This document shows, in pieces, positions 51,321 through 64,000 of a stretch of DNA of 64,000 nt. The position numbers were made by a program, and so were the translations under genes. The notes under the pieces are model-generated. The model did no database searches and was not told where the DNA came from. It saw nothing but the letters and a program-made list of their open reading frames with translations. Source of the stretch: Camelus dromedarius (taxonomy: Eukaryota); the NCBI RefSeq assembly GCF_036321535.1, contig NC_087436.1:42224001-42288000 (forward strand), read 5' to 3'. Positions within the stretch are counted from its first letter, which is position 1; each line of letters starts with the position of its first letter.

Positions 51321-52269
51321 GGTTGACTCTACTTTTTTAATTTTACAAATGGTCAGTCATCTATAAATGATATGAATAAATAAATCACCTACAATTAATA
51401 TCATAGTTTTTCCATCTGTTGTTTTCCAGCATTATACAGCTAGACTTCACCTCTCTTGGGCAACATTTCTTCTTGGTTATACTGACTCAAGTCTATTCAG
51501 ATATTAATGGCATTCTGATGCCATGCCAAGATTAGTATATTATTAAGTTATAATACCTTGACAGTACTGTATGATTCAGTGCTGGTGTGCCTGTCTTAAC
51601 ATTCATAGTGAGAATGACTTAGCAGTCACTAATAACTGATAATGCTCAAAATGTTACACAATTTGAATGCAAGCACTTCCCTGGATAACATAAATTTGCT
51701 CTAGAGATTAAAGCCATATTGACACCATTTTTCATTTACCAGATCCTTAAAAGTGTTCTGATCTTCTTTTTTCTTTTCATATTACATAGCAACAATTGCC
51801 CCCACAGAAAAGAATTCTAATTAGTTGAATAATACTGCTTTACTTCCTATGTCAGTCTTTGTCCATGTCTAGTGGAGGCAACTGCTGCACTGTACAGAAT
51901 TCAGTTTCAAAAAATCATTATAATTACATTGAAGAAAGTTTGGAAATCAATATAATCTCAATACTCACTGCAGATATTTCACTCATTCTTTTTTTCATAT
52001 GCTTATATCTACACACATAAAACTTTATCCATAGTCAGATAGTTGGAAAATATATAATTTTGTACCCTAATGATTTCAACCAACAAATACCATGTGATCT
52101 TTAACTGCAAGAAGAACATTACAAACTGTGAATAGTGATCACTTGTGCAGAAGTCTCACTGGATATTTGATGGTGGAAAAGTCACTCACTTTACACTTTA
52201 TATAATAATTTTATAAATTAGTGGATTATGGGTTATGTTTAATTCCTTACTTTACATTTTATGTATTTT

Positions 52270-52415
52270 TTTCTTTTTTAAGGTTTTTAAAAATTTTTTA
52301 AAACTAACTTTATTTTTTTAAATTTTATTTTTTTAATGGAGGTACTGGGGCTTGAACCCAGGACCTTGTCTGTGCATGCTAAGCATGCACTTTACCACTG
52401 AGCTGTACCCACCCC
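52270..52415 (-). mobile_element. tRNA-derived camelid (Vic-1-type) SINE
   Basis: Reverse complement reads 'ggggtgggtacagctcagtggtaaagtgcatgcttagcatgc...ggtcctgggttcaagccccagtacctcc'; T-rich tail on the left. Confidence 0.9.
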
Positions 52416-52539
52416 ATTTTCTACATTTTTCTAATAAAAAACTAAGATAAAGCACAATAAGCTGTGAAAAGTGCTACCAGGAAAAATAAAACCAGAACTA
52501 AACAAAATACATCCTTCACTTTGACAGAAGACCTTCATG

Positions 52540-53460
52540 TAAATCTTTTAAATGATCTATAAAATATTCAAGTGATTGAAAATACTAGATTTTGATCAAT
52601 AAGCTCTTAGTTGATGAACATACAAGTTGCTTAAATTTTTTTCACTATTCCACTTAGCACTATATAGAAGATATTTTTACATAAAAGATTTGTTTTATTT
52701 TGATAAATTTGATGTATAAATTCCCAGAGGAACAATGATTGCATTTGAAAAATTGTGTGTCACTTATAACAAGTTTTCAAATTAATTTCCAAAAGGGTTG
52801 AATCTGTTTACATTCCCATCAGCAATATAGAATTTATTGCAATATCTGAAAGAAAAAAAAAAGGTAGCAATAAATATTTATGGGATCTCTCTTTGTCTAC
52901 CACTCTTAATAACTTAGCTTCTTATCACAATTCTGGGAAGAAACTGTTTTTACCCCCAGGTTTACAGAAAAGAAAAAGGAAGCTCAGATAGGCTAAGAAT
53001 TTATTAAACATCACACAACTGAAAGATCTAGGGCTCTAGGATTCAAATCTAAACTGTCAGACACCAAAGCCTACATTCTTTTTAGTTGATCATGCCATAA
53101 TTGAATATTATTACTTTAGAAGTTTCTATTACTTTGCTGATTTGATGAGAAAATTTAATACATTATTATGTTTATTTTCAGTCTTTTTGATATCAAAAAA
53201 GGAAAAAATGTTCCTATTTATTGTATTTCTTCATGTGACAATCACTTGCTCTTGTGCTTTAGTCATTTGAAACTACCGCGGTTTTGATAATTTTCTTACT
53301 AACTTACAGAATCTATAGCTGGATATAGAGAAAAAAATACTAGTTTTTGGTAATGTTTGCTTAATTCAGACTTACATTTTTATTGTTTGCTTTTAAACTT
53401 TGGTTTTAACAGTTAAAAATTCAGATTAACACATTGCATTTTACCTTTATTTTTATTGAT
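52540..53460 (-). mobile_element. Highly decayed L1M fragments (with an embedded MIR ~52870-53100)
   Basis: 'aatttccaaaagggttgaatctgtttacattcccatcagcaat' is antisense L1 ORF2-like. Confidence 0.55.
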
Positions 53461-54541
53461 GTGAAAAAATTGAGGGCATTAAGGAAATAAGTAGTAATCT
53501 CATTAAGTATGAAGAAATTTCTTTTGTACTCAGCCCTCTTGTTTTGACAGTGTAATTGTATTTATGATTCATTTAATGAGTCATAAGGCCTACTAATGGA
53601 GAAATCTTGATTTATCAGTTATTGTTTGAAATACAAACTAGCTTTTTATTAAAGTGCACTTTAATTTGAAGTGAATATTTTGATGGGATGTTTTAGAGCT
53701 TTCTTAATCCCAACCTGCAGAGAGTACAATCCTTGCTCATATTTTCTGTTAATATTTTGCTTTGATCATTAGTGGGTCTATGTACAGTTGCCATAATAAA
53801 TGCTATTATGACTCCATATAATCATTTAGTTTTATCACTATAGTCAATAGAGATGTGCTTACTTTTCTCAATGAGTCATGTTTCCTTCATACATTTATTA
53901 ATATGCTTTATAAGCTCACACTCACCACCATTCATGTCTCTGATTAATTGCCTGAAGGTGTTTTGATGGTGAATTGAAATCTGTTGTAAGAAAAACTGTC
54001 TAGAAATAAGCTTAATATTATTTTCCAGCTTACATAAAGCCCTGCAAATAAAATAAATAAAATATTGTATAAAACTGTATTAGTGGTGTTAATATCAATG
54101 ACTTACAATGTTGTAACTAGAGAAACTTAAGGGTTATTTTCCGCTACTGCTGCTATGGCTACCGGCTACCATTTACTGAGCAGTTACTAAGTGCTACACA
54201 CTAAGTATTTCACCTTTTTAAAAATTATTCAGTTTTCACAATTCTTACACATATATATGTATGTATGTATGTATATGTGTGTGTGTATATATATATATGA
54301 TGATTAAAATGGCTATTTTTTAAAGAGTATTAAATGTTACATATTTGATACAGGTCTTATAGCTAGTGAGTAGGTAGAGAGTATGAATTTGAATCAAGTT
54401 ATAAATTTACTTGAACACAGAATATTAATTTCAAAAACATCTCTTTATAATTCTTGGGAAAGTTGTGTTCCCCAGAACAGTCTAAAAATATCACCTTTGG
54501 TACTCCAGGCTTGATCAGACTTTAGAAGTATGAATACTTCA

Positions 54542-55886
54542 GACAACTGCATGTAAGTCAATGAAGTTAGAATACTCCCTCATGCTACACACACATCAAA
54601 AAAACTCAAAATGGCTAAAAGACTTAAACATAAAGTAAGACGCTATAAACCTCTCAGAAGAAAACATAGGTGAAACACTACCTAGCAATGTTCTCCTAGG
54701 GCAGTCTACCCAGGCAATAGAAATAAAAGCAAAAATAAACAAATGGGACCTAATTAAACTTATAAGCTTTTGCACAGCAAAGGAAACCATAAGCAAAACA
54801 AAAAGACAACCTACGGAATGGGAGAAAATATTTGCAAAAGATGAGACTAATAAGGGCTTAATTTCCAGAATATATGAGCAGCTCATACAACTTATTAAGA
54901 AAAAAACAAACAACCCAATCCAAAAATGGGCAGAAGATCTAAACAGGCAATTCTCCAACGAAGACATACAAATGGCCAATAGGCATATGAAAAAATGCTC
55001 AATATCGCTAATTGTCAGAGAAATGCAAATCAAAACTACAATGAGGTATCACCTCCCACCAGTCAGAATGGCCACCATTCACAAGTCCACAAACAATAAA
55101 TACTGGAAAGGCTGTGGAGAAAAGGGAACCCTCCTACACTGTTGGTGAGAGTGTAGTTTGGTGCAGCCATTATGGAAAAAGAGTATGGAGATTCCTCAAA
55201 AAACTAAAAATATACTTACCATATGATCCAGCAATCCCACTTTTGGGCATATATCCAGAGGGAACTTTAATTCAAAGAGAAACACGACCCCAGTGTTCAT
55301 AGAAGCACTATTTACAACAGCCAAGACATGGGAGCAACCTAAATGTCCATTGAAAGATGACTGGATAAAGAAGCTGTACTATATTTATACAATGGAATAC
55401 TACTCAGCCACAAGAGATAATATCATAATGCCATTTGCAGCAATATGGATGGAGCTGGAGATTGTCATTCTAAGTGAAGTAAGCCAGAAAGAGAAAGAAA
55501 AATACCATATGATATCACTTACATATGGAATCTTGAAAAAAAAAAAAAAAGACAAATGAACTTATTTACAAAACAGAAGCAAACTCACAGACATAGAAAA
55601 CAAACTTACGGTTACCAGTGGCGGAAGAGGGTAGGAAGGGATAAATTGGGAGTTTGAGATTTGCAGATACTAACTAATATCTATAAAATAGATAAATAAT
55701 AAGTTTCCTCTGTATAGCACGGGGAAAACTATATTCAATATCTTGTAGTAACTTATGGTGAAAAAGGACATAAAAATGAATATATGTATGTTCCTATATG
55801 ACTGAAGCATTATGCTGTTCACCAGAAATTGATACAACATTGTAAACTGACTATATTTCAATAAAAATATTTATATATAAATAAAA
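54542..55886 (+). mobile_element. 5'-truncated L1 (~1.35 kb) with frameshifted ORF2 C-terminus and 3' UTR
   Basis: ORF2 motifs in ORFs 55114-55302 and 55293-55559. Perfect 18-bp TSD AGAAGTATGAATACTTCA at 54524-54541 and 55887-55904; target TTT|AGAA. Confidence 0.97.
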
Positions 55887-56982
55887 AGAAGTATGAATAC
55901 TTCAAGAAGATTAATGAGAGAAACACAGAGAAATCAGAATGCAAATTTTATCAATGTACAAAAATGTACAATGATAAGCATAAATGCTAAAAGAATTAAA
56001 CGCTTCAAGTTCTTCAACCAGTGGATTCCATCCCTGACAGCACATTATAGGAAAAGCAGCATTATAAACAGAGAATTTCTGCATGTTGAAAGAAAAACCA
56101 CAACAGGGAAAACTGGTTATTTGAAATGAGTGTTTAAAAGCATCAGGCCAATGCATCTTTCTCCACAAAAGACACATCTGCCACTAGACTGGGTAGCTCA
56201 AATCCTTGGACCAGGGATCACTCTTCTTTGAACAGTTCTTATATGTGAATGACTAATGTTTGCCTCTGTGATCATATCTTTCGTAATGCTGACTTAAACT
56301 CACTTTTCTTTGATAGACATTATTTCTTTAAATCGGTTAGACTTTCAAAAAAAAAAAAGCCTGAAGAAGAATTTGTCTCTTTGATATTATTTTGCGTATT
56401 TTCATTTTATACTGATTAACATAGAGAAATGATTTCCAAGGTAAATGGGTGAGAAGGCAGCTTGGGATGGGCCCTAAGGCTATCTCAGCTATCAGGTGCT
56501 AGCAGTAATATAATAGTACTCACAGATACGTTATAATCAATAAACAAGTGAATTGGGGAATAAATGGACTTCACATTTGATGTCCTGAAAATTTCTTGTT
56601 TAACTGAGGAAAAAATGAAATGTAAATTAATTCTTCATATAATTCCTTCTGCGTTGGTTTTATTACCAACACATCATATAAAATCCCAATACTCCAAGAC
56701 CCATCTGGTACTTTCTCTATGTAGGATAGTTTTGTTTTTGCACCTTGAGTAATACAATCACTCTATGCTTTAATATAGTAGGTTCCCTTTGATTTCAACT
56801 AGACAATGCTTAGGACACATTTTTTGGCTTTACCTCCTGCTCAGAGTAAATGGTTATAATACAGAACTCACAATTACTCAACTCTGGCAGGGCAAAATCT
56901 CTATTCACATTTATCCACCCTGTTACAAATTTCGAGATTTCCAACTTCCTTGTTTATTGTGCCCACTCCTACAAACTCCCCT

Positions 56983-57011
56983 ACCACCACCACCACCACC
57001 ACCACCACCAC
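56983..57011. repeat. (ACC)9 trinucleotide microsatellite
   Basis: Read directly; it produces the poly-Pro and poly-His runs in the ORF track. Confidence 0.95.
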
Positions 57012-59991
57012 TCCTCACCCGTCATGAGTTCATCACAGACTTCAGAGCCTTCTGCAACCAGAGAGCACTACCGAGAGTAAGAGAGGCCAGTAGGCGATGA
57101 AAGCATGTGGCTTTGATGGTCTCTTGTTAACTAGGGAAGTGGAAGAAATAGGAGGTGAGTGGAAATAATGTGTCTCTTGGATGGCAAGCGTGGACCTTTA
57201 TACCCACAAGTGAATTTTTATCAATTTAACCTTACTGATAACCTCTATATCCACATTAGTTATGAGTCAGTTTGCTGAAAGGAAGGTTATTTAACTGGGA
57301 AAAGGTAGACTTTGTGAATCAGCTGGTTTTTCATCTTTAGCTGTGTGGAAAAGAAAGAAGAAAAGAGTGCAAAAGGACTCACAAGGGGAAGTCAGAGAGG
57401 GATTCAGAGCAGGAAAAAGATCATTAACATAACGGACTAGATAGTTCAGCCAACTTGCCAGAGGAACAGGCCTCGCACTCTGGAAAATGGCTGGGAGCGT
57501 TCAGGAGCCGTGTGGAAATCAGCCAGTTTTGTTGCTTACCTAGGTCTCTTTCTCTAAGTTAGTCCAGCTGCTGTCTAATTTTCATTTATCCTCTGTGGGA
57601 AGAGGAGAGGAGGAGAGAAAAGCACAGAGAGGAGGAAGAGACAGAATTATGTCCCTACCAACTTACTTCCTTTCTCTTTAAAGTCAGCAGCATATAATTT
57701 CCTGGGATTTCCCTATTAACAGAACACGTTCCATGTGAAATGTCCAGCATTGTCCGTGATGCTTCCACCACTGCTGCTGAGCAGCTGGGTGTCCTAATCC
57801 ACCAGGCTTTTGACCACCTGTCATCACTAAGATGCTTACTGAGCTTGTTTTTCTTCATTGGAGTGGCTACACGAAGCACATTCTCACTTATCTCCTTTAG
57901 ATGCACTGAAGAGAGTAAAGTGACAGTCTGGGCAGGGCAGTAGCGACACTTTTTAATTTTAACACAGCTATACAAATGTTTTTATGTTTACTTTGGTTAG
58001 CTGAATAGCTTTTATATTTTCTTGCTATAATTTATCATCTATATCTAATTATATATATATCCTTTTATATATCCTTTTCAAGATGTAGTTATAGATACAT
58101 TTTCCAACTTATTCGTGAATGAACCACTTGTTCTGGGCTACATATACCCAGAGGGGGCCAATGACAACTCGTACCGTTTTTAAAATCTGAAGTAGCCATC
58201 CGAATCTATACTTGAGAAATATCTAAAATATGAAAAATCTAGTCTGCTAGAAAAATTGCAGTGTCACTGAATACAATGAAAAGTAACTTGAATGAAAAAC
58301 TGGAGTAAAAAAATAGTCAGTGACTGTGTATTTAAATATGTGTTTGGCTGGCTGTCTCCTGAATTGCTTTCTTTACTATGCTTCCCTCAGACCATTATTT
58401 TTTAATCAAGGTAAACACCTTCAATATTTAAGCTCATTATTCAACAGTTCATAGTTGTACAGGTATTAGTAATATGAATTAAGAAAATATTATCAAAATA
58501 AAGCAACCTACTTTTTAACTAACTACTTTGCAGAGTAACAACTGAACTTGTTGCCAATATATAACTTTGTTAGATGATACTTAACTGAGATCTACATTTG
58601 CTAGTAGAAAAGGATAACACAAAGACATGGACAGAAGTAAAAGTTAAAACTTTTCAATCCTTTACTTATCATCTTTGACACAATAACCCTCTCAGCCTTC
58701 TCACACAAATCTCTTTGAAGGGTGCCATCTGGTGTTTTTAAGTAAGGGGGCCAAACACTTTACTAATATTTTGTGTTCTTGGATACAAATTATCGCTGAA
58801 TTTATTTGAGAACTTTAAATCCAGCTGTTCTTTTGCTTCAGAAACCACTCTACAAGTCTGAGAACTCTTGGAATGCAGGAAGCCATGCAGGTTAGTACCA
58901 AGTATAACAATCATCTAAATATTTAATCAGCATTCATTTGAACTAAAATTTATGCAAAATAATGAGCATTCTTAATATTAAATAATGTAAACACAATCTC
59001 GCTTTCCTCCCAGGGCAGGGAGCTTGACATTATTTATAATGCTGAATAGAGAGAAGGTTAGATACTGCAAGCTGAAGGCTTTGAAACCTTTGCTTTGAAA
59101 TCATATAAATTATATCCCTGACATAATTTTCTTCCTTTTCACTTATCATTGTATAACTTAAATAGGCAGATACTGACTGTATTTTTATATGTGTTTGGTT
59201 GGGGATGGGAGGATAGAAAGAAGACTAAGTAATCATGCTTAATCTGGAGGTGATGATAATATACTTGATTTCCCTTGTCACAAGCCCCTTCTAGTGACTC
59301 TTATATACCATAAATACCTAGCTCTCCTCTTCTGCTCTTTTCTCTGTCAACCTTCTTAGCCTGTTTCTACTCACAATAGTCCTAGGTACATCTATTTCAA
59401 CATTTCCCCCACCCCATACCTAGCTGGGTGTGGCACAGAAGTTTCTAAGCTTAGTTTGGGAAATGCTGTCTAGAACTCCTCCTATTTGATTTCTGTACTC
59501 AGCAGGTCTGGCTGCTGTTCCTCATTTGTGTTTTGCATGCTAATATTCAATCCTAATTTACTAGACAGCAATAAATAATCAAGAGAAAGGCAGAAGTTGA
59601 AAACTGAAAGCTGGAAAGATGAATCTAAGAAGCTGTTGACTAAGCTATACTTAAGACTGCTGTCATAATAGCTGATGGAAATTTTGAACAAAAATAGGAG
59701 TGTGGCAGGGAAGGAAGAAGACTGATAGAGTTTGGATGGAACAATAGGAAGCCAGAAGAGGAATTAAGGTATGGATGAGTTCAAAATGATGGTTTAAAAA
59801 TGAGGAATAAGGAAGCCTACTTAGAATATGACTGGGAGAAAATACAGGGAAAGGGAAGTTATTTTAGAATTTAAAGGAGGTTATAGGAGTGGGAAAGGAG
59901 GTTAAAGTGGTTTCCAGAGGTCGGGAGGACTGGTAAGATTGACCAGGCTCTACTGGCAAAGATGACAAGCTGCTCTGCAGGTACGATGTTG

Positions 59992-60156
59992 TGTCTTGTT
60001 ACTTAATGTGTGGTACGTGGACCTGCAACATCAGCCTCGCTCAGGAACTCATTCGTACTACAGGATCTCAGGCCATACCCCAGACCACCTGAATTAGACA
60101 CTGCATTTAAAAGTGTCCCCATGTGAATTGCCTGCATATTAATAAATAGAAGCACT
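59992..60156 (-). mobile_element. MER5A-like element
   Basis: 'gtgtggtacgtggacctgcaacatcagc...tctcaggccataccccagaccacctgaattagacactgcattt'. Confidence 0.75.
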
Positions 60157-60449
60157 CAATCCCACTATATTTTGGGATTTCTGCATGTTTGTTTGGCTTT
60201 GCTTTTAATCTTTAAAAAGAGACTAAAAGTAATAATTTCACAGAATTTGAAAATTATTAATGAAAATATATACTAATGTTAGGCATGTGATAAGGTGCTT
60301 AAAATATCAATATATATTCCCTTTTGTTGAGGGTTTCTCGCCTGGTAATTTTCCTTCACAGTTAGAACAGAAACGAGAAATAAAGGGAAGACATTTTAAA
60401 TTTCAGCAGAGGAAGATTAGATCATTAAGCTCTATCCTTGAACTGATAA

Positions 60450-62770
60450 TAACTTGAAAAAGTAGACTAATGCAAGAAACACATGTGTGAAGGCATTGAA
60501 AGAAACAAAAACAAAAAACCCCAAAAGGCAATGAGTAATTATGGAAATAAAGTTTGTCACAGAGGAAGTGCAAAGAGGTATGTCAGGGCACTTAACTTTT
60601 CCCCAGGGGTATATGCAGATTCTAGAAGAGGAAACTGAAAGGATGAGAAACTGAACAAGGAAATCAACAAACTCAACAGACTCAGAGGCCAAAAACCAAC
60701 ATTCAGAGTTTGCCATTGGGAGAAGGGTACTGATAAATCCACAGGTTTTGGTAGGTACCCAAAAAAGTTAAATCCCAGGAGTAATGGCAAAGCAAAGCAA
60801 AGCAAAGCAAAAATACATAGACTTCTTCATTAAAGTCTAGTTTTCAATCGTCTTAATTCCAGGACTGGATTAAGGTGGTCTGAGACTGATTCTAGCTCCC
60901 TGGGAAAAAGAAACTATAAATTATTTCTGGAGGAAGTTAACATCATCCTAAATCTCATAATATTTCTATAATTTTTCACATAAATATCTGGTATTAACTA
61001 TAAGATAAAAATTAAATATAAACTATTTGATATTAAAGAGGCAAAAGTGTGCCCCAAGGCAAAGAGATATAACAGATAATAGAAAAAAATGCAGAGAATC
61101 TAGATACTCAAATTAGCAATCATATACTTCTAAGTACTTATGCTTAAAACATTCATAGATACAAAATATAAGTGCAGAATTTTGACAAAAAACTGGAACT
61201 ATGAAGGAAAGAACTAGGGGGAAATTCCAGAACTGAAAAATACAGTAACTAAAATTAAAAACCCAATGGATGGGTTAAGATACAACTGAAGAGAAAAATA
61301 ATAAACCTTTGATGTATGTTAAAATAAAACACTGAAAACAAACCAGGGAGTGACAATGCATTGGAAAATACAAAAGAGAAGGTTAAGATAAATAGTACTA
61401 TGACAAGTTCTAACATATGTATAGAGTTTCAAAAGGAGTAGAAGGACAATGAATGAAGAGAAGCAATGTTTGAAGAAGTGAAAATTTCTAACACCCTGCC
61501 CTTCAAAATTGTACTGGACATCCTAACGATGAGAGATGAAAAAAATAACTTTTTAAAAAAAATATTGGAAAGAAGAAAATTGCCATTATTTGCAAATACT
61601 ATGATTGGAAGGTTAGAAAATCTAAAATAATACAGAGAAAAAAATGTTAGATTCATAGTTTGGTAAGATTGCTAGATACAAGAATCAGTGAATGTAAAAA
61701 TGTCAATTTTGTGCAGTCTAGAAACAGAAAATGATTCTTAAAACTGACAATATCATAAAACCATCAGGTATTTAAGAACAAACTGGAAAAAAATGTACAA
61801 GAAAATACATAGAAAATACTAGAAAACAGTAAAATGTTATTCAGAGAAATTTTTTTTAAATTAAGTAAATAGAAAGATGTATCATGTTCATAGGTTAGAA
61901 GTATCAACATTTGAAGTTTTCAGTTCACTGCAGATTGACCTAGAGATTCAATTCAATCTCAAGAATCTCAATAAGTTTTTTCAAGTTTTTATAAAACTTA
62001 CACAGAACTGCAAAAAACTCAAAGAATTATCAAGAAAATCTTGAAGAAGAAACTGGCAAGGCAAAAGGCATATGATAATGTATGTAGCAGCCTTACTTGT
62101 ATAAGTAAAAACCAGAAACAATCCAAAAATCCATTCACCAGAAGAATATATAAATAAATTGTGTTATATCCCTATTATGGTAACAGCTATTAGAATTTTT
62201 TTAAAAACTACTTAGAAATGAAACCAAGGTTGAATCTCATGAATATTTATGGAGCAAAAAAAGACATAAACAAAAGATAACATATTACATGACTTTATAA
62301 AGTGTTCAAAAATAAGAAAACTAAACTATGAAGTTCAAAGTCAGTATACTGGCTATACTTGCAAGGGGAGGGAAGAAGTCACAGTTGTGAGTGGCTTACT
62401 GGGGGCTTCCAATATTCTTATAATGTTCTACTTCTTGATCAGAGTGAAGGCTACACATATATTTTTTGGTGATAATTTTTTGACTTACACATGTAGTTTC
62501 ATGCACCTTATATTTGTACCATATTTCATTAAAAATGTCAAAAATAAAAAAGAACCAAAGGAACAAAATTGATGCCAAAGAACTTCTGCTAATTTTTGTA
62601 AATAAATTATGGTAAAATGAAACAATAATTAGCAGTAAAATAAATAAGGATTGGAAACAAAGAATGAAATTATTACTGTTAGCAGATTTTATGGTTTTTT
62701 ACATAGAAAACCCAAAATAATTTATGGAAAAACTACTAGAGATAATTAATAAAGCTGCCGAGTAACAAAA
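60450..62770 (+). mobile_element. Ancient L1M remnants (ORF1-like, ORF2-like and 3' pieces)
   Basis: Very A-rich; ORF1-like 'aaattccagaactgaaaaatacagtaactaaaattaaaa' and ORF2-like 'aaattgccattatttgcaaatactatgatt', 'atcatgttcataggttagaag'. Confidence 0.7.
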
Positions 62771-64000
62771 TAAAAACTTGGTTTAAATCTTTCATAGTTA
62801 ACTCTAATTGAATGTCAGTATGCCTAGATAACAACTTTACAATGCATTTAATAGACATTCAAATATATAGTGAATGAATAGATGAATTGTATTTTCGACA
62901 AAAGTGGGGACACTTTTCCTAATTTCTAAACTAAAAGAGTGTGTGTTTGGTCCCTAAATGGTGATACCAAGTTAGTAAAAAAAGAAAGTTAATAAGTTAT
63001 TAGGACACAGTACTGAATTTTACTATTTAAAAATGAAACATAGTTCACTAAAAGCTATTTTCACTCTTATTCAGTGAAATCTTGATAATTTTCAGACTAC
63101 ACCAAACAGAAAAGTATTTGTCTTATTTTGTAGTTCTTGTCAAATTTGAAAAGTTGTATTTTATAAAAGAAAGAGGCTGCTGATATAATCTTGTTTTCAG
63201 TGATCGATTTCAGGTCAAAAATTTTCATTATAACAACATATCTGAAGGTGACCTCTTTTAGTCCATCCTCACTGACTCCATCACATTCAGAACACAGAGG
63301 GCTGATGGTGTAACAAATGATATGGTGTCTCCTGTTGTGAATTAATAATTGGACTCCTTTCTTTTGCCAGTTATCTGCAAAAAAGCAAATTGACTTTGAA
63401 ACCTAGGGAAGAAAAGGGCCAATGATTCAATTTTTCTTATTAATGTTATAATAACATGTGCTTGTGTTAGACAGGTCCATCTAAATCTCCACACTTCATT
63501 TGTTCACTTCAGGCAAATCTGCTGAATCAAGCAAGCGCCCTGCACTGTGAAAGTCAGTGTTTTTTTTTTCAGGTGTGGCATGAAAAAAAAAAGAAGCATA
63601 GAACCAGGAGCTTATATGCAGGTGCAAGATCTAATTAATTTGAGTTGTTGATTTGGTCAGAGGGATACAGTGAAGAATTTAATAGCCTACCTAGAGAAAA
63701 CTGTTCAGAGCTTGTATGACTAGTGAGCTCTCAAAATCTAACATAAAATGTATAAAAGAGAAACAGTTTTGTCTCCTCGGTACCTTTCTGGGCTCTCAAG
63801 TGGAACTCTTAACAATGTAAAAACTTCAATTCCTATTTTCATTTACACATTCTACCGATGTTTAGCCACAAGGGGCCAACATCTAGAAATTACCACTAGG
63901 ATGATTTTATATTTATTTTTTGAAAACAAAGACTTATTCACAATATACTGGAAAACATAGGTAAGAAAATATAAAGAATTCACCCCAAATCTTTTAGATT

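Noticed and set aside
56789..57100. Poly-Pro and poly-His ORFs
   Set aside because: Both are translations of the (ACC)9 microsatellite, with no exon context.
1..64000. A novel multi-gene system, CRISPR array, endogenous viral ORF, NUMT or processed pseudogene
   Set aside because: No repeat-spacer periodicity, no long non-L1 ORF with recognisable protein features and no mitochondrial or rRNA-like tract was seen. Highly decayed copies could escape reading by eye.

Overview
Mammalian genomic DNA, most likely camelid, judged from three tRNA-derived SINEs of the camelid Vic-1 type. The window holds one gene start: a CpG-island promoter (~12.6-14.6 kb) and an ATG-free first exon on the minus strand (~13690-13447) ending in a GAG|GTAAGC donor. 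From memory this exon resembles the 5' UTR exon of UGT8 (ceramide galactosyltransferase); that is recall, not an alignment. Bases 1-13446 are then intron 1 and ~14.6-64 kb is upstream intergenic DNA. I found no host protein-coding exon. The ORF track consists of L1 ORF2 fragments, GC-rich spurious frames and chance ORFs. The rest is mostly transposon remnants: three young 5'-truncated L1s with target-site duplications, older L1s, MaLR/ERVL/ERV1-type LTRs, MER5/MER58 DNA transposons, MIR, L2 and microsatellites. I see no convincing new biological system. The best leads are modest: alternative 5' UTR splicing, candidate regulatory elements and a few unusual insertion structures. Repeat subfamily names and old-repeat boundaries were assigned by eye and are approximate.
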